Source: Eledone cirrhosa (lineage: Eukaryota). Taken from it: a stretch of 64,000 bases of DNA. The stretch is from assembly GCA_964016885.1 (NCBI GenBank), contig OZ024740.1, forward strand, positions 306,962,001 to 307,026,000, read 5' to 3'. The position numbers and the translations under genes are program-made. This document shows positions 23,634 through 34,712 of this stretch, piece after piece (positions within the stretch are counted from its first letter, which is position 1; the number at the start of each line of letters is the position of its first letter). The notes under the pieces are model-generated. The model searched no databases. It was given only the letters and a program-made list of their open reading frames with translations, and was not told where the DNA came from.

Positions 23634-24711
23634 TCATCATCATCATCATCACCATCAACGTTTAACGTCCGTGTTCCACGCTTGCATGGGTTTGGACGGG
23701 GGTTTTCCCACTTGAGGCAAGAGTGATTGTCTTGCTCGCATAGGACTGTCTGGCAGGTTTTCTACAGTTGGATGCCCTTCCTATCACCAACCACATTTAC
23801 AGTGTGGGTCTGGGAGGTTTTTACCGTGTTGCCTACACGGCCACATTACAGCGTGGACTGTGTGTTTTTTTGTCGTGACACCTACACGATCTCATTTGTT
23901 TCGGCCTGGATGGTGTGGCACCAACATAACTTTACATAGAAGGGGGCGGTGTGGTTGGGGTGGGATGGGGGTGGTGGGACGGGGTGTATTTTGTTAGAGA
24001 AGCCTACTGGCTGGAGTAGGTTTTACTATGTATTTAGGTAAGGCGGGTCTTCTCTATTACTGAGTACCGCCAAAGGTCTTGGTTCAGTAACATTGTCTTG
24101 GAGAGGTGTAAGTGTGTGAGGTCGGAGTTTATCAGGTCGTCCCAAGTTTTTCTAGGTCTGCCTATTCCGTGGCTACCGTCTATCTTTATTGCCCTGCACT
24201 TTGTTATACAGCTATCGACTTTCATGCCCATCACGTGTCCATACCAACGTAGCCTTCTCTCGAGTAAACAACATCTGCTCCCTCTTATTTCTAATTTTTT
24301 CCTTAGTTCATTTATGCTTTGCCGTTCACGTATATTACTATTAGACATCCAGCGGAGCATGCAAGCTTCGTTCCTCTCTAGTCTGCGTATATCCTCTGCA
24401 CACAATGCCCAGGTCTCACTGCCATGCAACATTGCTGTTCGTATGCAGGCATCATACAACCTGCCTTTCATTTTTAGGGAGAACCCTTTAGCGGCTAATA
24501 GTGGTATAAGCTCTCTGAACTTTTTCCATCCAGTTCTGACTCTAGCTACTGTACTTTCAGAGCACCCTCCCCCACTGCTGATTTTGTCACCCAGGTAACG
24601 GAAGCTGTCCACTATTTTTATAGAGCCCTCTGCGCAGTTGAAAGAGCTAGTATTTTGTGGGCACTTGCTGCTACTTATTGCACCAGAGCACCGGCCACAT
24701 GTAAAATCTAT
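23634..24711 (-). mobile_element. 5'-truncated RTE family 1 copy
   Basis: ORF 24034-24612 matches the RTE C-terminus; UTR and tail present. Confidence 0.94.
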
Positions 24712-24726
24712 GTTTATATATATATA

Positions 24727-24802
<76 letters not shown>

Positions 24803-24807
24803 AATAT

Positions 24808-25327
24808 AGATTTTGAGTATATGTTGGTTGTATACCAACACCTCAGTATGCAGGCTGGAGCACTCGACGAAGTGCGCAGGTTGGTTTGGTTACTCCGGAG
24901 TAATGTAAAATAAAGTAAAATAAATAAGTCAAATGTTTAAAATTTAGCTTCGTTTATTACTGCTATATATATTTCAGTGACAGCCATCTTTGGCTGTGAC
25001 CTCTTCAGGCAGTCCGAATTAGTGTGGTATAGACAAGTACATATGTTGTTGAGGTGTATAATTTTGTCAATACTCTGATATGCCCAGTTCCTGGTTGGGT
25101 TGTTATTTGATTCCAGTTCCTCAGTGAAATAACAACCCAACCAGGAACTGGGCATATCAGAGTATTGACAAAATTATACACCTCAACAACATATGTACTT
25201 GTCTATACCACACTAATTCGGACTGCCTGAAGAGGTCACAGCCAAAGATGGCTGTCACCGAAATATATATAGCAGTAATAAACGAAGCTAAATTTTAAAC
25301 ATTTGACTTATTTATTTTACTTTATTT

Positions 25328-25329
<2 letters not shown>
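24808..25329. mobile_element. Penelope-like family A fold-back insertion, copy 2 (203-bp arms, 18-bp spacer, tail on left)
   Basis: Arms 24906-25108 and 25127-25329; tail 24808-24905 is the reverse complement of 11291-11388; HHR in both arms (right arm has CCGAAA). Confidence 0.85.
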
Positions 25330-25370
<41 letters not shown>

Positions 25371-25799
25371 ATACTTTGGGAGGGTCATGTTGCCAATAAG
25401 AAACACACGCACCAGTTGCTTTCACTTCAGTTTATTATATATTTATAAATTCACAAATTTATAAATTTATAAATTTCTGGTTGGTTGGTTGGTTCCACAA
25501 CCAGATAGTTGTTTATATATAGTCATAGTCCTTTCGTCACACACTCTGTGACCTCTTCAGTGACTGGGGATTCCTTTCTTTGTTTCTGTGCCTCTCCTTT
25601 GTTCTGTCCTACGCCATTTTGTTTCTGTGTGTGTGTTGTGTGCTCAGTCTGCGCATGCGCCACATCCGGGTGTCTGTGTGTGTTTATGTTCATTTATCTA
25701 TTTGTTTATTTATTTATTTATTTACATGTTACTGGTTGGTTGTTTGTTCTATGTGTGTGTTTTCATTTTGTCTTTAATTGTAAGTTGTGATGTTGCAAG

Positions 25800-26207
25800 A
25801 CGTACCCTTTTCAAAGACCCTCATGTATAGATAGGAAATGTATAACCTGTAAAATAAGCCCCCATATTAACTGTAAAACTAGAAATGTAGTGTATAGCAT
25901 AAGATGTACTGAAGGACAATGTAGAGACAAAAATATAGTGTACATAGGTGAGACAGCTCGTAGTATAGGGGAACGGATAAATGAACACTGGCGAGACCTT
26001 CAAGATAATAAAGAATCATCTGTACTCTACCAACATGCTAAGATAGAACACAAGGGTAAATTAGAGAACATAGAAATAAAAATAGAATCTACACACAGAA
26101 AAGATGCAATGTTTAGACAAATTACAGAGGCAATAAACATAAAAGAATTACAACCAAAATTAAATAGAAAATATGAGTGGAACAGCAACATCACAACTTA
26201 CAATTAA
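25800..26207 (+). pseudogene. 5'-truncated PLE GIY-YIG endonuclease with Cys-rich linker (possibly Nematis-like)
   Basis: PFQRPSCIDRKCITCK..NCKTRNVVYSIRC...YIGETARSIGERINEH...RQITEAINIKELQPKLNRKYEW. Confidence 0.88.
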
Positions 26208-26419
26208 GGACAAAATGAAAACACACACACACATAGAACAAACAACCAACCAGTAACATGTAAATAAATAAATAAATAAACAAATAGATAAATGAACATA
26301 AACACACACAGACACCCGGATGTGGCGCATGCGCAGACTGAACACACAACACACACACAGAAACAAAATGGCGTAGGACAGAACAAAGGAGAGGCGCAGA
26401 AACAAAGAAAGGAATCCCC

Positions 26420-26464
26420 AGTCACTGAAGAGGTCACAGAGTGTGTGACGAAAGGACTATGACT
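26420..26464 (+). ncRNA. type I minimal hammerhead ribozyme (mirror copy 25521-25565 on - strand)
   Basis: AGTCA-CTGAAGA-G-GTCACA/TGTGAC-GAAA-GGAC-TA-TGACT. Confidence 0.82.
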
Positions 26465-27340
26465 ATATATAAACAACTATCTGGTTGTGGAACCAACCAA
26501 CCAACCAGAAATTTATAAATTTATAAATTTGTGAATTTATAAATATATAATAAACTGAAGTGAAAGCAACTGGTGCGTGTGTTTCTTATTGGCAACATGA
26601 CCCTCCCAAAGTATAACAATATCGGTTTCAACACACGATTTCAGATAAAGAATCTTGCTAAACAAATTCAGAAACGAAATATATATATATATAAATATAT
26701 ATATATATGTATATATATGTGTGTGTGTGTGTATAAATATATATATATATATATTTATATACAATACATTAACAGAGAAAGCCTTAAGCTATACTCTGAC
26801 TGGCTACCATCTCACTCAACAAACATTAGGATATACCTTAGTATAATCCCAATTTTATGTTTGGGGTGCTAACTATATGTATTTTGCGGAAAGCCAGTTG
26901 TATTATTTTATATGAGATATAATTAAAATTAAAATATATCTCCCTTTCCAAACAATTGTTTCATTATAAGTTTTCTACAAGTTAGGAGAATGTGTCCGGG
27001 TTATGTAGAAGCCTGCACATTTTTCTGTAAGAACATATGCAGGTCGGCACTTATAAATCATCAGTGGATGCCCGTCAAACATTGATATAAGAAAAAATCT
27101 CTTACAGATGTCAGTTTTCGTGTCAGCAATTGTCCCTTCTCGCATCGTAATGATCGCCAAATTTGAAATTCCAGCAGTCTCAGAATGAGGAATTTCACAG
27201 CGTCATGAAGCGGAAAAGGGAGGCAATCGCGAAACACAAGAAAGTAAAATAATTTACACATGGGTCAATTAATTTTTTCAACAATTTTAACCCTGCATGT
27301 TAAGAACTCAATATTTATATATATATATTTATACACACAG

Positions 27341-28512
27341 GGACAAGAAAGAAAGGGTCTCAAAGTCAACATGACAAAGACTAAGGTCCTTGTAAGTAGA
27401 CGAGAAAACAGAACCCAGATCCCCTCAGGGAAATGGCTTTGCTCAATATGTAGGAAAGGTGTAGATAAGAACTCCATTCTCTGCCCCAAATGCAAACAAT
27501 GGGTACACAAGAGATGTAGCGGGATCTCAGGAAGCTTAATTAAGAATGTAGGCTTCACATGCAGCAGCTGTGCTGGGACAGCAAGCAGCAAACAGCCACA
27601 GGAATCAAGTACCACCAATCTCTGGGAGGGCTCTGTAGAAACAGTAGACAGCTTCTGCTACCTAGGTGACTGAATTAGCAGCGGAAGTGGGTGTTCAGAA
27701 AGTACAATAACTAGGGTAAGAACGGGATGGAAGAAGTTTAGGGAACTACTACCACTGCTAGCTGCAAAAGGCTTCTCCCTCAAAATGAAAGGCAGACTGT
27801 ATGATGCGTGTATCCGAACAGCGATGTTGCATGGTAGTGAGACCTGGGCGCTGAAGGTGGAAGACTTACGTAGATTAGAGAGAAACGAAGCCTGCATGCT
27901 CCGATGGATGTGTAATAGTAATATACACGAACGACAAAGCATAAATGAATTGAGAGAGAGACTGAGCATAAGAGGAATCAAATGCTGTGTGCAGGAGAGA
28001 CGGTTGCATTGGTATGGACATGTGATGCGTATGAAGAATGACAGCTGCATAAAAAGGTGCAGAGCACTAGAAGTCGATGGAAACCGCGGAGTGGGGAGAC
28101 CCAAGATGACCTGGGATGAGGTGATAAAAGCCGACCTTACCCAATTACACCTCTCAAAGGCGATGACACACGACCGTGACCTCTGGCGTCACGCAGTAAT
28201 ACAGAGTACCCGACCTCCCATGGGTACAAGCTGAAGCATATAGACAATATGCCCCCACACCCCCCACTGCAAGGTGGTCGTAAAAAAGCACCCAGCCCAC
28301 ACTGTAAAGTGGACGTGTAGGCGCCACGAAAAAGCACCCAGCACTCACTGTAAATGAGGTTGGTGTTAGGAAGGGCATCCAGCTGTAGAAATCAAGCCAA
28401 ATCAGTTCCTGTATGAACAAGGCATGGTCAGCCGACCAGACACTGCCCACAACAGGACAACCCGTCTAACCCATGCTAGCGTGGAAGAACGGACGTAAAA
28501 CGGTGATGATGA
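27341..28512 (+). mobile_element. 5'-truncated RTE family 2 copy
   Basis: PHD-like Cys/His block (ORF 27260-27673), in-frame stop, C-terminal ORF 27785-28234, distinct 3' UTR, GAT tail. Confidence 0.92.
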
Positions 28513-28697
28513 ATATATATATATATATAAATATATATATATATATGCATATCTGAGGATCCTTCGATTCCTGAGTCAGGTTCGATCACTAATAGATCAT
28601 TCCTCGAGCTGATCGACAGTAAAACATGTAATATGTTATAAATTGGTTATGATGCAACACTGATTGTTTGTTCCTTTATTCTAATACTATATATAAA

Positions 28698-28739
<42 letters not shown>

Positions 28740-28820
28740 GATATATAGATCATCACCATCATCATCATTTTAACGTCTTTTTTTCTATGCTTGCATGGGT
28801 TAGACATTATATATATATAT

Positions 28821-29334
28821 ATATTGTTATACTTTGGGAGGGTCATGTTGCCAATAAGAAACACATGCACCAGTTGCTTTCACTTCAATTTATTATAATA
28901 AATTTATAAATTTAGGGATTTATAAATTTCTGGTTGGTTGGTTGGTTCCACAACCAGATGGTTGTTTATATATTGTCAAAGTTCTTTCGTCACACATTCT
29001 GTGACCTCTTCAGTGACTGGGGATTCTTTTCTTTGTTTTTTGTGCCTCTCCTTTGTTCTGTCCTACGCCATCTTGTTTTTGTGTGTGTGTTGTGTGCTTA
29101 GTTTGCGCATGTGTTACATCCGGCTGTCTATATAAACAACCATCTGGTTGTGGAACCAACCAACCAACCGGAAATTTATAAATTCCTAAATTTGTAAATT
29201 TATTATAATAAATTGAAGTGAAACCCAACAGGTGCGTGTGTTTCTTATTGGCACATGGCCCTCCCAAAGTATAACAATATCTGTTTCAACACACGTTTTC
29301 AGATAAAGAATCTTGCTAAACAAATTCAGAAACG
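28821..29334. mobile_element. Penelope-like family B fold-back insertion, copy 2
   Basis: Long inverted arm 28821-~29128 with an HHR on the - strand (~28974-29017), short arm ~29129-29280, tail 29281-29334 matching 26623-26676. Confidence 0.85.
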
Positions 29335-29341
29335 ATATATA

Positions 29342-29389
<48 letters not shown>

Positions 29390-30499
29390 CGAGGGGTGTA
29401 TAAATCTGTATATATACATGTTAGTAAATATGAAGAAAAAGTTCTCCATTAATTTATTAGATAATGTCTGTTATGCATATTTTAGAGGCATTCTATCTAT
29501 CTATCTATGTATCTGTCTATATCTATGTATCTGTCTGTTTGTCTCTCTAGCTACTTAGCTACCTACCCCCCCCCCCCCCACCACTACCCCCCCCCCCAAT
29601 CTACCTACTCACCCCTGTGTGTGTCTATGTATATATATATATATATTTTAAAACTTCTGTTAATTGTTTCCTTTTATTATTTTGTGGATCTATCCAAATT
29701 GAAGTTGATTAGGTCAAAAGTTGAGCATCTGATATGGGTGGGATGATGACAGATAGATAAATAGTGGTGTCAGGGGTGGTAGAAATCATAGTGGTAGTAG
29801 GGTGGATGATAGATTGAAAATTACGAAGTTCAAGGAAAACTTGGGGGATTCAAGCATCTTTACATAGAATATCATAAGCAAGGAATTATAAAATTAAATA
29901 TGTTTAACTATATATGTTGTCATATTTTGTGCAACATGTTTATACTGCAGGTAGCAGATTACTGCACATGTGTGACTTCTAAGAAACAAATATATAGATA
30001 GACTAATAACAATAAGAAGTAGATGGATGGATGTATAAACAAACAAAAGGATACATGATAAAATATATAACTTTTGATGTGAAGCCTTCTTACTGGTATA
30101 AATTTTATTAATTCCATGAGATCTTTCAAGTTATAACATGTCATTAGATATATTCATTTGTGTTCACATTGATAAATTGGAAGTAAACATGCAGCTACAT
30201 ACTTTCACTGCCCATAGGGACTAAATATGTACCTCCACATATTATAATCCCCTCTACAGAGAATAATCATTAGACAGCAATTAATCAGAATGCTTAGAAT
30301 CAAATGTTGTTTATAAGTTAACCTCCCAATGTGAAGACACCTACATGCAATAAACCAAACAAGAATTATACATCAGAATAGCAATGCACATTCCCAAGTT
30401 CACACTACGCAGTTCAGACCACCTGAGACAATACTTTAACGGACTTTTCTATCTTACTCCCACTCTAGTGTAGATTCATATACATCAATATGTGTATCA

Positions 30500-30680
30500 C
30501 CATGATCATGATCATGATCATGATCCTCATCACCGTTTAACATCTACTTTCCATGCTCGCATGGGTTAGACAGCTGTTGTGTGCTGCAGTCAGACTGGTC
30601 AAGTGACTAGGTCCTGATCATATGCTTTGATTTGACTTGGTTTCTATGGCTGGATGCCCTTCCTAATACCAACTACTCTA
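30500..30680 (-). mobile_element. old RTE 3' end
   Basis: Degenerate TTCCATGCT.GCATGGGTTAGAC and GGATGCCCTTCCTAA motifs; similar remnants at 28750-28805, 50455-50550, 51020-51050, 59065-59272. Confidence 0.7.
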
Positions 30681-30909
30681 TATGACTCTGACACCACCAC
30701 CTAACAATCGATCTTTAAGACCTTCACAGGGATACTCCCTTGATAATAGGTTTTTAAGCCTGAAAATATTTGGGATTATTAAGTTTGCTAAGATAAGATT
30801 CTATTGTTATCTTGTCACCTTTAATATTCTAATGCATTGTATGGTTTTCAAAATTATTTAAATTTATGTTTCCTATTCAAAAATGCTTCAAGCAAACTAC
30901 AACACTCTG

Positions 30910-30953
<44 letters not shown>

Positions 30954-30958
<5 letters not shown>

Positions 30959-31149
30959 AAAAAGTATGACCCTGACGGCAGAGCTCAAGCCGTTTCGACA
31001 GCTATTTCTGGACGTCCAGAAATAGCCGTCGAAACGGCTTGAGCTCTGCCGTCGGGGTCATACTTTTTCCTATTTCCCACTCTACTACCCTAAGTATTGA
31101 GTACTCTGGTGCGTTATGGTCCATCTGGTTCCTTACCACAATTCCTTTG

Positions 31150-31151
<2 letters not shown>
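30954..31151. mobile_element. mini fold-back insertion (60-bp arms plus ~78-bp tail) in (TA)n, probably PLE family C
   Basis: Near-perfect spacerless palindrome centred at 31013/31014; arm contains CGAAA-CGGC-TT, resembling an HHR 3' half. Confidence 0.65.
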
Positions 31152-31184
<33 letters not shown>

Positions 31185-31284
31185 TATACTAGTAATTGTT
31201 TCTACAGTAAACGAAGTATCCGTATAAATCTTTATCTAATTATATATAAATAAATAAATAAATAAATAATAATAAATAAATTGA

Positions 31285-31315
<31 letters not shown>

Positions 31316-31529
31316 ATTATATATAAATAAATAAATTATATATATATAAATAAATTATATATATACATTTTGAGGCTGGTGCTTTGGGGGATGAGAAATT
31401 GCAAATTGTATGGTGTTAAAAAGCCAAACAGTTTCGGTCTTATGCTATGCTAGGAACAAATCCACTCTAATTTCTAAAAAATATATTAACAGAAGTCCTA
31501 AATTATCATCTGTTGGTGCAAGGATGCAT

Positions 31530-31870
31530 GAGAATTGAAAAAGGTACAAATCTTGAGGAGGTTATAACAAAGTCATTTAAACATCAATAATCCTGTCCAT
31601 GGTGTAGAAGTTCAGTGTCTTGCTATCAAGGTAGATAGCCAGATGGACATCATGTATTTCAAAGCTAGTGATGTGTGTTTGTGTCAATTTAGAAATATAA
31701 AATGAGTAATAAAATTACTGAAGGTGAAGCAGGCAGCACATTAACTGAGGAAATCAAACTAGTCAGGAAGATTTCAACTAACCCAATCAGATGTGAAGAA
31801 CTTTTGATTTACTGCATGTATAATGAGACTGAAACTGAGTTGTATAGACTCTCACTTCCTCTGAGGTGAT
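31530..31870 (+). pseudogene. pogo/Tigger-like transposase fossil
   Basis: Fragments PVHGVEVQCLAIK, FKASDVCLCQFRN, GEAGS and MYNETETELYRLSLP resemble the FKAS.GWL.RF, GEA.S and YN.DETGL..R.LP motifs. Confidence 0.65.
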
Positions 31871-33184
31871 ATGCACCTTTTAAAGTTATTAGTGGTAGAG
31901 AAGCCAGTTCATCTGCTAGCCATTCCAAGAAATTGTGGTTCAACATGAATATCTTTAATTACTCATTTCATATATGTATATTGATTGGTTATGTTCGAAA
32001 TTTCTTAATATATATCAATAGATGTGTTTACAAGATTTACCATTTTCACTTTCTTTTCTAACAGGATTTAATAGAAAACTATATTTCTCCATGAGACATA
32101 GTTTTCACTTTCTGGAATCATTAATGTAGTGCAATGTATGTTTTATGGACCTCATTGTACAGGTGTAATATCCTAAAGTTTAGGACTGAAGTCATATTAT
32201 GACAGCACGGATGACAATTAGGTCAGTAGTTGTACAGAAAACAAATTAAGAAGACTGTGGTTCATAATTTATCACTGTCACTTTATTATATTCATGTACA
32301 AGACATTTAATTTTCAACAGCTAAATCCAGTGTGTGTGACAGCATTGTAAAATTGGGTTGCTGTGCTAAGTCCAAAGCATTCTGAAAAAAAAGCTACCTG
32401 AGTTAAATCCACATTATCTACTTAACAAATAGGAAAGTAAAGGTAAGTACTATCACTCTGGTTCCTTTTAATTTGTAAAATAAAATATGAATAGAAAAAA
32501 TTAAGCATGTTATATCGATTTCATAAATATAATAAGTGTGTTATTCTTGTGGGGTGTTTAGAAACTACATTGAATAGATGGCTGAGCAACTATATATATA
32601 GATGTTTCATTCTTGCTTTCTGTAGATGCCATTTTATAAATGGTAAGATACTTGTTGAAAGAAATTTACTTGGTATGAAATACAAATAGAATAACACTAC
32701 AGAAGTTCCCTTCTTAACTCATTGATTTGTACAGGGAATATTCTGTAATTTGTACAGGGAATATTCTGTGTGTTCATCAACAAATAGATGTTTGGCTGGC
32801 TCATTGCTTGCTTGGTTGCTTTACTGGGTGGTAAACTAACAAGTTAGTTGTTTGTAAATTTGTATGGGAATAGATTATATTTTGTATGTGCATGAATGTA
32901 TGTGTGTGTGTGTGTGGGGGGGGGGGGGTCTTTTGTTATGTTGAAGGTGAAAGATAGAGAGCAAAAGAAGTGTGATATAATTTTGTTGTTATTTTAAAAT
33001 AGATTAGGAAATATAACTTATGCTTGAAAGCAATCACAAGAACGAACCTTTCAGATCAATACTCAGGGTGCTCTTTATGTGAATGAATAGTACAATCATA
33101 AAAAAACATCTTAAATAAAATTAATAATCTTGCTAATCAAATCACACACAGCTGCTTTCCTACCACAAGGCATTATAGAGTAAC

Positions 33185-33965
33185 CACACCCAACAGCATC
33201 TAAAACTCTAACAACAACAAAGAAAACCACAAGAGCCAATAACATCTAAAACTGTAATAACAACAAAAGATAACCACAACATCTAACAACATCTAAAACT
33301 GTAATAACAACAAAAGATAACCACAACATCTAACAACATCTAAAACTGTAACAACAACAGAAGTAACCACAACAACCAACAACATATAAAACTGTAATAA
33401 CAACAAAGCTAACCACAACACCTAACAACATATAAAACTGTAATAACAACAGAAGTAACCACAACAACCAACAACATCTAAAACTGTAATAACAACAGAA
33501 GTAACCACAACAACCAACAACATATAAAACTGTAACAACAACAGAACTAACCACAACAACCAACAACATCTAAAACTGTAACAACAACAGAAGTAACCAC
33601 AACAACCAACAACATCTAAAACTGTAACAACAACAGAAGTAACCACAACAACCAACAACATATAAAACTGTAACAACAACAGAAGTAACCACAACAACCA
33701 ACAACATATAAAACTGTAACAACAGAAGTAACCACAACAACCAACAACATATAAAACTAACAACAACAGAAGTAACCACAACAACCAACAACATATAAAA
33801 CTGTAATAACAACAGAAGTAACCACAACAACCAACAACATATAAAACTGTAACAACAACAGAAGTAAACACAACACCTAACAACATCTAAAACTAACAAC
33901 AATAAAACTAACCACAACACCTAACAACATGTAAAATTAATAACGAAAGACAACAACAACAATCA
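33185..33965. repeat. 46-bp minisatellite
   Basis: Unit AACAACATATAAAACTGTAACAACAACAGAAGTAACCACAACAACC, roughly 16 copies. Confidence 0.92.
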
Positions 33966-34174
33966 ACAACTTACCAGTATGTTTTAAATCTGTGACTTCA
34001 AGTTTTATTGTAATTGCCTAAACAAAATTAACATTAATTCAATAGATAGATAAATCAATAAGTTATAAATAAAATAGCAAAATATAATTTATTATTCCAA
34101 TATTGAAAATGAATAGTTTTCTTTTGCATTTAGAATGATATTTAGTCTCTGTCAAAAGGTGTATGCGTAATTAA

Positions 34175-34233
<59 letters not shown>

Positions 34234-34237
<4 letters not shown>

Positions 34238-34664
34238 TCCTTAAAACCTCGTTCATTCATCCATATATATCTACAATCGTTGCTATTCTTGCTTTAAATT
34301 AATCTTCTCCACGCTGGTTCTAAATAATCTCCCTCATTGCTAAAAATTTTCCAGGATTCATAAAAATAGATTCTCTCTCGCCCACCAAAATCGCTATTAC
34401 TCCCACTCTCTCTAACATATACGTCCCTCTCGACCTCTCACTCCCTAATATAAATAAGAATGTTACGAGGGACAAAACCTCAGAACTTGTCAACCATTAT
34501 TAAATGGTCAGTCGATTCTACGAAAATGTAATGTATTATAGAACATTTTCTTCTTGTCTCCTTAAAACCTCGTTCATTCATCCATATATATCTACAATCG
34601 TTGCTATTCTTGCTTTAAATTAATCTTCTCAACGCTGGTTCTAAATAATCTCCCTCATTGCTAA
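34234..34664 (+). repeat. 110-bp direct repeat (period 321 bp) abutting an RTE 5' end
   Basis: 34234-34343 equals 34555-34664 with one visible mismatch. Confidence 0.9.
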
Positions 34665-34712
34665 CTACCCCATATCCCTCCCTCTCGCCCGCACACTCCA
34701 CCTTTACTATTT

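Larger units (their letters stand above)
25363..26680 (+). mobile_element. Penelope-like family B: inverted pLTR, GIY-YIG remnant, pLTR and tail
   Basis: Inverted arms 25363-25796 and 26185-26622; tail to ~26680; flanked by (TA)n. Confidence 0.9.

Noticed and set aside
26960-27310. CpG-richer segment with CTGATGA on the - strand and TTAACCCT
   Set aside because: No closing stem I for a hammerhead and no matching second TIR; left unclassified.
28550-28690. 140-bp unique insert between TA runs
   Set aside because: Probably an element end, but single copy here with no diagnostic motif.
33185-33965. Regular repeat resembling a CRISPR array
   Set aside because: Head-to-tail 46-bp units with no unique spacers, no cas genes, eukaryotic context.
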